Assembly (NCBI GenBank): GCA_965202585.1
Contig: OZ241827.1
Location: 97,898,001-97,962,000 of the forward strand
Direction of reading: 5' to 3'
DNA length: 64,000 bases
Source of the DNA: Thalia democratica
Lineage: Eukaryota
In this document: piece after piece, positions 1-10,440 of the stretch
How the letters are laid out: every line of letters starts with the position of its first letter
Numbering within the stretch: the first letter of the stretch is position 1
The notes under the pieces: model-generated
What the model saw: only the letters and a program-made list of their open reading frames with translations
Told to the model about the DNA's origin: nothing
Databases searched by the model: none
Made by a program: the position numbers and the translations under genes

Positions 1-165
1 CATTTAAAGAGTAGTAGAATTATGACTTTCTTAAGCAAAAATATGTTTATTTTATTCTGCAAAATAGCATATATATATTTAAGTGAGTTTCGTGATTTAT
101 ACAATTTTTGTATAAAACCTATTATTTAACTTTACTACAACAAGTCTAACGATTTAAAAAAAAAA
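1..165 (+). repeat. Dispersed direct repeat; uninterrupted paralog of the site into which the 2911-7292 LTR element inserted
   Basis: 1-147 aligns with 2769-2910 with few differences. This copy continues ACAACAAGTC-TAACGATTTAAAAA, while the second copy is broken after AAGTC by the LTR element and resumes AAGTC-TAATAAGTTTAAAAA at 7293. Confidence 0.85.
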
Positions 166-222
166 CAAACTCAAAAAGCACTCAGAAGATAAAAACAAAT
201 CAAAAAAGTAAGGTAGGAAGGG

Positions 223-746
223 TGTATAACAAATAGTAGTTTACTACTTGTTTCTAGAAGTACAATGAAGGAGTCAAAGATAAGTTAATTGGAAATTACA
301 TCAAAGGAGTCAATAAGTTTAAAGTCGAAAATTACAGAAAGACTTTTGCGCGTGACGTAGTAAGTAGAGAAGAGAGTAAAAAAATAAATAAGTTTTTCTT
401 AGTGTGTTGAAATGGTGTTTGGGTTGTTGTGCGGTTGTTGTTGACGGACCGGGCAAAGAGAATAGAAGTACTGCAAAGGATAGTAGAATCTCTCGAGTTT
501 TGTAAATCGTAACCAGCGTACAGTCACTAAGCTTAAGAAAACCTCGAGTCAGTTGTGGTAGAACTTCATCACGTTACTCTATCACATTGTCGTGTTTTGT
601 TTTTAAATGTATATAAAATCACCATTCACTTAAAGCTGTTTTCTAGACACTAGATTATTAGTAAGCTCAATACATTAAAGTTATCGATCGTTCCATTAGA
701 ACGTTTTTATTATATTATTTATATATATAATTCAACTAAAATTTCA
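223..746 (+). repeat. Probable LTR of a decayed sister retroelement
   Basis: Starts TGTATAAC right after a purine run (AAGTAAGGTAGGAAGGG, PPT-like), ends ATTTCA at 746, and is followed by a gag-like frame. Length (~524 bp) and TGT...TTCA ends resemble the 2911-3464 LTR. No second copy in the window, so boundaries are inferred. Confidence 0.55.
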
Positions 747-1980
747 TGTCGTCCAAACGCTTATCGATGGACGACATAAAACGCATGACGCGGTCACAAA
801 CTAAGGCGAAAAGCCAGAATAAGCAATTACCTAACCTAACTACGACCGAGCCATCGGTCAGTGGTTATTCTGGCGTCCTCCCTACAAGCACAGATGTACC
901 ACCTTTCGATGAAACAGCGAATAGCGGACCGAATGAAAGAAATGTCTAAAATCAGGGCGAAGAAGGTATAAAAACTGATATAGAAGGCTATTCTTTTTAG
1001 GTCAATACACCAACTTATGACGAAGCTTGAACTTTATTTAATGATCGAATTATGCAGGCAAATAAAAAAACAGAAACGGAATAAAATACCTTTGACGAAG
1101 TTAGATAATGATCAAAAAAAAATTTTTCAACAGAATAACACTTCGACACAGGATAATTTAAATGTTATTATGAAAACAGACTATTAAATACAAATAGAAG
1201 AAATGAATAAACTATTTAAGATTAGCGAAGAAAACCTTAGAATTCAACAGGCGGAAGAAGAAATTTGTAGAATAAGGGAGAAAATTCATGAAAATAATAA
1301 TAAACTAGAAAATCTGACCACAAGTCAAAACTATATACATACAGATAATAACATGACGCATCACATCAGTAATAACATGTATGCATATAAAAACAACTTT
1401 TGCGATGAAGATTATATGCAGAACCAAAATATTTATAACAGAAATTTTGATAAAATCAACTCAAACCGTACAGTATATGGAAAAGATATGGAAATGGACA
1501 GATTAATAAAGAAATTCAACAGAATAGAGAAAGTAAAAAAATCCTAGAGATGTCTTGGGGTATTTCCAGGAGGAATTTCATCGACTTAACATACGTGATG
1601 ATTACGTGAAGTATAACATACTTATCGAAAAATGGCCAACGGAGGATTTTCTGAATTTTTATAGATTAGTGGACAGGGAACATCGAAACTTCGAATCATT
1701 CTTTTTTTTTTGTTTTAATATGGATGACTCTCTGAGCGAAATCCTCAGTAAGGTACCACATAATGATGCTTCAACCCCGTTTGGTGTATTCCTCGCAGAT
1801 GCAACTAAATTCGCAGAAAGCAGCAAAGTTGACCGCATAAAATTTTTCTGCTTATACTTAAGCCCACTTTCATTGAAAACAAAAATCAGAGAAAACTTCA
1901 ATGAAAACTATGATATCTTCAAGAGAAGGCCACAAGGTATTTGGAATTTACCCGCTAAGATTTTAAAAACTTTAAATTGA
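746..1980 (+). pseudogene. Degenerate Gag-like gene, paralog of 3539-4285
   Basis: ORF fragments 746-949, 1203-1547 and 1555-1980 join across stops and a frameshift in an A-run near 1535. RLIKKFNRIEKVK.PRDVLGYFQEEF...DRIKFFCLYLSPLSLKTKIRENF aligns with RLSKKFKRLDFVREPRDIISFFEDEM...DRIKFFLAYLMPFSIKDKIREHF. Confidence 0.75.
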
Positions 1981-2188
1981 AACCGCGAGCACCAACTGCT
2001 TGCCGACCTCTGTTATATAGCTACCATTAAAATAAAAAAAATAAGTTAAATAATAAACTGAAATCTTTTCACTTCAAATCTTTTTTTATAACCAAAAATA
2101 CTCAAAAATGATAAAATATTTATAACCAAAAATAGTAATAAACTTGTGAGTACGATATTTAGTATAAATAAGAAATAAAGAGAACTTC

Positions 2189-2306
2189 AAACTGCAATTT
2201 GCAGTACAAACTTGGAAAATCAGCAGTGTGTACGCTATACACGATCAAGACTACTTTAAACACGAAACCATTTTAAAATGTTTACGGTTTGACAGTCGTT
2301 ACGTCA
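2189..2306 (+). other. Bipartite module (stem-loop then TTACGTCA)
   Basis: AAACTGC-AATTT-GCAGTACAAA, then TTACGTCA; anchor spacing (C of GTAC to last A of ACGTCA) 99. Confidence 0.85.
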
Positions 2307-2910
2307 TTATATAGTTTTTAAGTAATTTGATTCTGTAGAAATTTGATATTACTAATATTTGTTTACTACTCTTTGAAAAAAACAACATCAGCGTATGTTT
2401 AAGGTTGCATGTAATCTATATGTTACAAAAACATAAGTTTTAATAATTTTAATTGCTTACAATGATGTGAGATTTATAGAAACGGCAACATTATGTGATA
2501 CAAATACGTAGCAGTAACACTTCAGCAAAATATAGTAAGAATACAATTGAATAGTTTCCAAGTATTAATTCTTTCTATAAATATTTAAAAAATACTAAAT
2601 AAAGTATTGTGATTATGTTTTTACATCATTACTACTTGAAATGGGAAAGTACTATAAAAGGTAGACTTATATCTTTTAAAATTGTATTTCATGTCATGAC
2701 TTTGGTATATCTTACTATAATTTGTTTATTTAACAAAAGTAAAACATTACAACATGATACAGAAAACCATTTAAAGAGAAGTAGAATATGACTTTCTTAA
2801 GCAAAAATATGTTTATTTTATTCTGCAAAATACCATATATATATAAGTGAGTTACGTGACTTATACAATTTTTGTATAAAACCTATTATTTAACTCAACT
2901 ACAACAAGTC

Positions 2911-3464
2911 TGTAATGATATTAACATCTCATTTTCGTATTTTAAAGCGGATGTTGTAAACTGTTTTACGCAGATTTCGTGACGTGCTTCCAGTATTAAA
3001 AACAAACATTTTTATTATTTCAAGGAGTTAATTTCATTCCGACGAGTATATATCGGCGTTTGTCTTTCAAATACGCGTTAAAGTTAACTGCAAAGTTATT
3101 CCGCGGTATGATCTAGTTACGATTAAGTTCAACGTTTTACTTCAATTATCGAGAATCAAGAAAACGTCTACATAGCGGAGTTGATGTTAGTATTTATGTA
3201 ACTTTACGATTGTTGATATTTTTTATAGATTTTATTTGTGTCGTGATTTAATAGTTTCTTTCTTCAGAACTAAGAATTATTATTGAAAATAAATTAAATT
3301 GCATTTATTCAAAGTGTGTTTTATTCATAACTTAGGAAATAGTTTTGTAACTTATACTGTTTGTATATTATTTACTTCTCGTAAGTATAGCAGTCAGTAA
3401 GTTACTGGAGACCACGTAGTTAAGACATAAACATAAACATCATTAAAACAACCCTTTTGGTTCA
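2911..3464 (+). repeat. 5' LTR (TGT...TTCA)
   Basis: Direct repeat of 6754-7292 with canonical TG...CA ends; preceded by TSD AAGTC. Confidence 0.9.
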
Positions 3465-3538
3465 AGTGGAAACCACGCAGTGTCTTTTAAGGACCTTGAA
3501 TTTTCTGGTTAGGAATCTTTAAGCAGTCAACAGAATAA

Positions 3539-4285
3539 ATGCACACAAACAACAATGACGATATCAATTTTTATAATTTTCATCAAGCAGAGATGATGAA
3601 AGATAATGCTGAATTTTGTCCGTCAAACAGCATTCAACAACAATTTAGAAAATCAAGCGAAGTTAAGCAGCTAACAAATGAAGAAGTGTTAAGAGTTTTG
3701 CAAATGCAAATAAAAAAACTAAATAATAGATTAAAGCAGTCTAGATCACAACATTTCGAACGTGCGAAGCTAGAAAAACGCGAACCTTTTTACGATGATT
3801 ACGAAAAAAGTAATCAAAATAATTTAAACAACTTTAGCGACACATTTAAGGCGCAAAGACTAAGTAAAAAGTTTAAAAGGTTAGACTTTGTAAGAGAGCC
3901 TCGTGATATTATTAGTTTTTTTGAAGACGAAATGTTAAATGAAAATATTTCTAGTAATACAGAAAAGTATAAATTTTTAACTGGGTTTTGGCCGAGAGAA
4001 GAGTTGTCAGACTATTATAAAATGACAGAACGAGGTGAAAGAAATTACAGTTCTTTAAAAAATTTTTTTATTAAAAGGGACAATCATTTAGCTGAAATTT
4101 TAGATAAAGTTCCAATTTGGGATGATTGTACAAACTTTAATAAAATATTTGCTACAGCCGTTAGTTGGTCCAAATGTCCAGAGCAGGACAGAATTAAGTT
4201 TTTTCTTGCATACTTAATGCCCTTTTCGATTAAAGATAAGATTAGGGAACATTTTGATGAAAGCTTAGAAGTTTTTAAAAGATAA
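3539..4285 (+). CDS. Retrotransposon Gag-like protein, N-terminal part of an interrupted 582-codon frame
   Basis: 248-aa ORF just downstream of the LTR/PBS. Coiled-coil-like N-terminus, then a helical segment (EPRDIISFFEDEM.NENISSNTEKYKFL) reminiscent of Gypsy capsid N-terminal domains (recognised by eye, no HMM run). The frame stays open after the TAA at 4283-4285 through to 5287. Confidence 0.7.
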   Translation: MHTNNNDDINFYNFHQAEMMKDNAEFCPSNSIQQQFRKSSEVKQLTNEEVLRVLQMQIKKLNNRLKQSRSQHFERAKLEKREPFYDDYEKSNQNNLNNFSDTFKAQRLSKKFKRLDFVREPRDIISFFEDEMLNENISSNTEKYKFLTGFWPREELSDYYKMTERGERNYSSLKNFFIKRDNHLAEILDKVPIWDDCTNFNKIFATAVSWSKCPEQDRIKFFLAYLMPFSIKDKIREHFDESLEVFKR

Positions 4286-4522
4286 GGACAAGCCATATGG
4301 AATGCTTATAAAGAAAACGCATTAATACCTAAGCAAGTTAATTACGATAGACTACAGCAGTATGAGCAAAATCATTATAAGTCTAAAATAAATTACCATA
4401 AGCGAGTTTGTCGTAATAATCAACAAAATTTTTATTTAAGAGATAATGGTATTAATCATAATTACAATTATCGTCAACATAATCAAGATAGAGATAATCT
4501 TAAACCAAGAAAATCGTACAAT

Positions 4523-5287
4523 GTGAATAGTAGTAATGCTATTAACATAGCACAGTGTTTGTCATGTCATCAACACTTACTTACAAAAACATCTAATACA
4601 ACCAAAGAGTTTCAAACACCCAAAGAAAAAGCTCAGGTAACCAAAAACACTATAGCATTTGGAGTAACTGGTCAAGTAGTATGGTTTAATGTTCGCAAAG
4701 GTTACGGTTTTATTCATCGTGATGATCGGAACAGCGATATTTTTGTTCAATATACAGCTATTGTCAAAAACAACCCTAACAAATTCTTAAGGTCTCTTGC
4801 ACAAGGAGAAAAAGTCCAGTTTGATATTGTTGTAGGTAAAAATAACATGTCAGAAGCCGCAAACGTGACAGGTCCTAATGGTAAAACAGTTCAAGGGTCT
4901 AAATATGCTGTAGATAAGAATTCAAACTACAACCAAAACTTTCAACAAAAAAGATTAAGCGGAAACTATTATTCAAGTTACCCTCAACAGCGGAAAAGAA
5001 AAGCTAATAGAGCTTATAAGCAAGCTTTTGCTTTTAAAGCAAAACAAGGTAAACTTATCAAAGAAAAACACCAGAAACAACAGCAGAAAAATATCAGTTA
5101 CAATAAAAAGTATGATAGCGAGCCAAAACGTCAGGTGCCAACATTGCAGCTTAAAAGTTATAAACAAGACTCAGGCTATTACAATTCTTTAAAAACAAAA
5201 TCAGAAACTAGGGTATCAAGCAACATATTAGCTAAAGAGAAAAACAGTTTAGCAGTATTTGAATCCTTTCAAAAAAAGAAATTATAA
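4523..5287 (+). CDS. Y-box-type cold-shock-domain (CSD) protein segment with basic, low-complexity C-terminal tail
   Basis: [43 protein letters not shown]...VQFDIVVG...[19 protein letters not shown] closely matches the YBX1-family CSD (RNP1 K-GYGFI, RNP2 DVFVH, KNNP insert, [15 protein letters not shown] extension). Domain at about 4652-4912, intronless, same frame as 3539-4285. Confidence 0.92.
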   Translation: MNSSNAINIAQCLSCHQHLLTKTSNTTKEFQTPKEKAQVTKNTIAFGVTGQVVWFNVRKGYGFIHRDDRNSDIFVQYTAIVKNNPNKFLRSLAQGEKVQFDIVVGKNNMSEAANVTGPNGKTVQGSKYAVDKNSNYNQNFQQKRLSGNYYSSYPQQRKRKANRAYKQAFAFKAKQGKLIKEKHQKQQQKNISYNKKYDSEPKRQVPTLQLKSYKQDSGYYNSLKTKSETRVSSNILAKEKNSLAVFESFQKKKL

Positions 5288-6753
5288 CACAGGATAAAAA
5301 AGAGTCAGAATTACCAATAACAGGTCTAAAACTTTTAACATTTATCATAAAGCCCTTTTGAAAATAAAATATAAATACTTTTACAAAATTTACAAAACAG
5401 ACTTTAATAAAGGCAAAAAATTGTTACTTTTAATTGACATGAAAATCTATTTTAAAATTTTCTAAACTCAGGTAATATTTTTAAGAATTTAAACTGAAAG
5501 AAACTATTAAGTGTATTTATTTTGTATTCTTTTCTGATAAAATTTCTGAATTGTAAAGTTTATAGCTTTTTTACTTTTAATGGTGTTTTATGAAGTTTTT
5601 TATGTTATGAATTACAGTTTGGTAATTCAACTATTAATTAAAAGCTAAGACATAACAATTATACAATAAAAAAGTTTAATAAGCCTATTTTTGTATTGAA
5701 GTTTTAGTAACTACATTTTACTCTAACTTTAAAACAAAACTGGTTTATCAGATATTTTGCTCGTAAAATAATCAAGTTCAAGTTTAAAGCTTTTAAATTC
5801 GACTCTTGATAAATTTTTTCTATAAATTTTGAATTTAAAAGTACTTTCAACTCCCATTTAGTTTTGACTGTTAACGATCGAAAAAAAGCACTCGCTAAAT
5901 GTTTCTCTTTATAAATTTCTATGATGCTTAAGTTTTGTATTGCTTTAATAGAAATATTTTATACTTGAATCCTTTAAAAGTTGTGCATGAAAATACTACT
6001 TATTGTTTTGTAAAATATTTTAAAGAAAATGTTTTCTGTTTTGTTTATTAAAGTTTGCGAGTTGAATATTAAGAACATATGTTTTTCTAAATTAAAAACA
6101 AAATTGAAGTTTTTCATGTTTTTTAAACTATTAAGTTTCTTTTAATGCACCTTAAATGCTTAAAATGTTTTGTTTTGTATAAAATAATAGGTTTAAACAT
6201 AAATACTGATAGTTTCGTTATTGTCTTTTGGCATAATAACATAGTAGTTTTTACTAAACTTTCTTGAAAGAATATCTCAACTTTTTTTTTTGAGCCGCGT
6301 ATTTTTTGGAATGAATTCTTATAAATAATACTACAATGATGGACAATGAAAAGATGAATTTTTTCTATGTCAACAAGTGACTTCGATGAATTTTTGAATT
6401 TGAAGTTTAGAGAAGAAAAAGCGAATTTAACAATTCGTTCCTGCTATATAAACCACCGTAGAAGAAGAAACCGGAAGAGAAATGCCGGAATAGAAAAAGC
6501 CCGAGGACAACAAGCCAGAAGCCAACTAAATGACTCTCATTTTTACTTTGTCCTTATGTTGTATCTTATCTTAATTTTTGTAAATTATGTAATTTTTGAG
6601 ATAATAAGTTATACAGTTTCTTTTTCTTAATTTTTTTTTTGACCCCCCCGTTTTAACACTTATAAAAAAGTTTAAAGTTAAATAGGATTTTAAGGATTTA
6701 AATTATTTAAAACCAGGCTTCAAACGTTAAATTGAAAATTAAAAAAGAAACAA

Positions 6754-7292
6754 TGTAATTATATTAACATCTCATTTTCGTATTTTAAAGCGGATGTTGT
6801 AAACTGTTTTACGCAGATTTCGTGACGTGCTTCCAGTATTAAAAACAAACATTTTTATTATTTCAAGGAGTTAATTTCATTCCGACGAGTATATATCGGC
6901 GTTTGTCTTTCAAATACGCGTTAAAGTTAACTGCAAAGTTATTCCGCGGTATGATCTAGTTACGATTAAGTTCAACGTTTTACTTCAATTATCGAGAATC
7001 AAGAAAACGTCTACATAGCGGAGTTGATGTTAGTATTTATGTAACTTTACGATTGTTGATACTTTTTATAAAATTTCTTTGTGTCGTGATTTAATAGTTT
7101 CTTTCTTCAGAACTAAGAATTATTATTGAAAATAAATTAAATTGCATTTATTCAAAACTTAGGAAATAGTTTTGTAACTTATACTGTTTGTATATTATTT
7201 ACTTCTCGTAAGTATAGCAGTCAGTAAGTTACTGGAGACCACGTAGTTAAGACATAAAACATAAAACCCAATAAAATAACCCATTTGGTTAA
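6754..7292 (+). repeat. 3' LTR
   Basis: Copy of 2911-3464 with a 16-bp deletion between TTATTCA micro-repeats and clustered substitutions near the 3' end (terminal CA reads AA); followed by TSD AAGTC. Confidence 0.9.
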
Positions 7293-7916
7293 AAGTCTAA
7301 TAAGTTTAAAAAAATTTTTTTTTTAAGTTTTTTATTACATTATATTTATAAGTTCATTTAAAAATTTTAATGTTTTAAAATACTTACCTTTTCAAAAGTT
7401 TGCTTTTTTTGTAGAAGCTTGAAAAACTAAGTAAAGATATATAATAAACTTGCTAGACATTTTGTCAGCATAAAGTGAGTAAACTATAAAAGCGTCAAAC
7501 TACTTCAGCTTTTCTACCTTAGCTTACAAATTTTAAGCCGTTTCCGTGTAGCTTTGCTATTTTAGATTTTAATGCTTTATTATAAAAATGAAAGTTTTTG
7601 ATACTTTTGTGTAGATAGTATCAATAAAAACTATATTTTTTGCAAAAAAACATCAAAAATGTTTTAAAGTTAAAGTAAGTATTTACCAGAGTTTATATAA
7701 ACGACCTATAAGTTTGCTTATGTTATTGAAATTTCTTATTAATATATGTTTTTAATGATATTTGCAATCTTAAAACAAGTACGCAACGCGACGTTTGTAT
7801 GTTTTTGAGTTTTACTAAATATTAAATTTTAAATATGTGTATTATTAAAGTTATAATTTAAAAAAACATTGCAATTACATTTAGTTTTAATATAATTGAA
7901 ATCAATAAATTCATTC

Positions 7917-8034
7917 AAACTGCTTTGCGCAGTACAAATACAAATGTGAAACTCAGTGGTGAATCATAAATTTAGGACTGATTTTTATAGACAGTTTTTA
8001 CAAACAAATTTGCTAGAATTGCTTAACTACGTCA
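7917..8034 (+). other. Bipartite module
   Basis: AAACTGC-TTTGC-GCAGTACAAA ... CTACGTCA; spacing 99. Confidence 0.85.
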
Positions 8035-9890
8035 TCACGTCCTTAAGATATAAAATCAACTTTTTGTTTTAAAATTTAAGGTTGAGTAAAAAGAAATTTG
8101 ATTGTATAGAAATAATAAATAATAAACATTTTTGAATAGAGAAAAACATAATATTATAATTTATAATGCTTTACAGCCAGGTGGACATACATTAAACATA
8201 CCATCCAGTTTAAGATACTTTACAGTGTTTACACCAATATTAAGTTATGGTTGGGAAAATTCATGGGTAAAGGGATTATTTTAACTAGTAAAATTAAAAC
8301 TAATTTTAATAAACTAATTTAAATTAAAATGTAAATATACTGAAAGTAGTTACAAAATACAAGATGTATTTCTTTTAAATTGAATCGTTTTTCTGGTTTT
8401 AAGTAACTATTTAATCTTTTTAATTTGTACTAAATGACAAACTACATAAGTGAATATATTTTAATTAGAATTCTGTAGTATAAAATCAGCGAAAGATTTA
8501 TAATAGTAAAAGTTATATCACGCTATGACATTTTATAAGCGCTCAAAAATTTCGGTCTAAGGAATTGGTGTACAACTGAACCTTTCGGTTAACGAGTCGT
8601 ACACCACATGCTTATAAAGTTTCTTACGAGCTATTAAAAATAGTTTTTTTTATCATTTAAATATTACATCTTTAGTAATGAACAATCAGCTAAACGAAAA
8701 GAAACATAAAAGAAAACAAAACTAAACGAAAATTAACTGAATTTCGTGTTTAATTATGTACTATGAATTTTGTTTAGTAATATAAGAACTAAAAAATATA
8801 TATACAACTTTAAATTAACTTTCAAAAGTAGATAAACAACGCTAACAACAAACGTGTCAATACTTAAATTATAGGTTAAAACTTCTTTAAACAAAGTAAA
8901 ATGTAATACGCTGAAATACTTTTTACGAAAAGTTTATTATAAGTATTTTTGTTAAAATGATATTTTTTATTTTATTCAATAACTTAACTTGAACAGTGAA
9001 AACAATTTTACTTTTAAATAGTTTAATAAACTATTAATATTTTTTTATTTTAAAGAAGTGATTTTTACTTTAAATAAACTCAACTTTTATAAAATATGAA
9101 AATACATTTTGTAAAACTTATGCTTTTAATAAGTAAAAAGATACAAAACTATAATAATTTTAACAATAATGATATTATCAGCAATAACAAATTTCCTTCT
9201 TTTTCAGATTTAATCTTTATTTTTATATCTTTTAAATACTAGTTTAAGTCTAAAACTGTAATTATAGAAAGTGAGCAAAATTTGCAAACATAAAAAGAAG
9301 AATTTTTTCTTTAATTTCCTCAAAAAAATAAAAAAAAACTTTAGTTTGCTTAGAACTGTTAACTTAGCTTACTATTTAAATAATTTTAATTACTACTAGT
9401 ATTTTAGTACTATAAGTTTTAGATATATTTTGAAAAAAAAAGCAAAAACTAACATATTGAGAATTAAACAATAAATTTTTAGAGAGCCTTTATATAATTA
9501 AGATAAAACCAAAGTTATACTGAGTTTACTGCTTCAAAATAGTTTCTCATTTACACGATGATCACTAGCAAATAAACTAACAAGTTGCAATTTATAAACA
9601 CCCTATACAGTTATAGCTGAGTGATGAGAAGATTAAGTAATTAATTAGATAATTAAATGATTTTTTAAACAAATTACTCATATAATCTTACTGCTTTCCA
9701 TTAAAGATTTACATACTAGTTTTTTCTTTCATGTAAATTTGTAACTTACCAACAAAAGTACTTTACTGCATATGTATTTTCTGTGAAACAAAAATATATT
9801 TACTAATGTATTAATTCGGTTAATTACTAGTTTATTATTAGATTCTTTTTAGAGAAGCTGTCTAAATTGCTCGAGCGTACAAAATTGCAA

Positions 9891-10440
9891 ACGGGAACAA
9901 AATTGCTAAAAGATACTATTGCACGAAGGGTCACTTTTGTGCGAAGACAATTTTGCACAAAGACAATTTTGCACAAGTTATTTTATCTTTTTTTATTTAT
10001 TAATTTTCTTAAATTTTTTTTTTTAATTTTAATTTTAATTATTATTAATATTTTTTGTTTTATCACTGTTACCCCTAACCATTACCCTCAGTTGATAAGT
10101 TACTTTTTTTAAATTCTTTTTTCATACTATCACTGTTATCCCAAACTTTACCGTAAATCGGTTGCTTATTTTTATATTTTATATTTTTTAATTTATTTTT
10201 TTTATCATATTTTCTATTAGTTATTTTTTTACTTTATTTTTACTAAACTGTTACCTCTAATCCCTACCCTCAAATAGTACTTTTTTTTTTCCTTTTTTTT
10301 TATTAAGTTATTTTTCATTTTTATTTTTAGTTATTTTTTATATGTGTTCTTTTTTTACAATGTTTTACACACATGCAAAAATGTTACTCGTGCAAAAATT
10401 ACCCTTAGTACAAATCGTCTTCGTGTAATTTTGTTCCCTC
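9891..10440. mobile_element. MITE-like element with repetitive subterminal inverted arrays
   Basis: Left arm GGGAACAAAATTGC...(TTTTGCAC)n mirrors right arm ...GTGCAAAAAT...ATTTTGTTCCC. T-rich interior with CCCTAA-like snippets. No TSD identified. Confidence 0.5.

Larger units (their letters stand above)
2911..7292 (+). mobile_element. Non-autonomous LTR retroelement carrying Gag-like plus cold-shock-domain coding sequence, no pol
   Basis: Two nearly identical ~550-bp direct repeats starting TGTAAT. 5-bp TSD AAGTC at 2906-2910 and 7293-7297. TGG-starting PBS-like site at 3467. A-rich purine run before the 3' LTR. No RT, RNase H or integrase motifs in the internal 3.3 kb. Confidence 0.9.

Noticed and set aside
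351-480. Bipartite module inside the sister LTR (TGACGTAG ... GTACTGC)
   Set aside because: Spacing is 115 bp and the second stem arm is missing.
747-760. tRNA-Asn primer-binding site for the sister element (TGTCGTCC)
   Set aside because: Only 7 of 8 bases resemble TGGCGTCC and the match does not extend.
1659-5167. Antisense ORFs 1659-1901, 4084-4296, 4973-5167 (and plus-strand 54271-54471, 54671-54889, 54847-55068, 55096-55278, 55275-55463)
   Set aside because: Shadows of real coding frames on the opposite strand.
4523-5287. Host YBX1-like gene
   Set aside because: Intronless, enclosed by LTRs with a TSD, in frame with a Gag-like ORF, and lacking recognisable YBX flanking regions; treated as retroelement cargo with no gene symbol.
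7917-7940. Module hairpin as a histone 3' stem-loop
   Set aside because: Stem is 5 bp with a 5-9 nt loop, lacks the GGYYY-UUYU-NARRRCC consensus, and no histone ORFs lie upstream.
10071-10090. Interstitial telomeric repeat (CCCTAA)
   Set aside because: One or two imperfect units inside a MITE-like element.
9867-10112. ORF-track ORFs in AT-rich or repeat DNA (also 2609-2791, 15718-15915, 23790-23990, 32388-32612, 36702-36929, 52414-52635, 59496-59681, 60682-60915)
   Set aside because: F/I/K/L/N-biased translations expected by chance; those in the inverted and tandem duplications are not conserved between copies.
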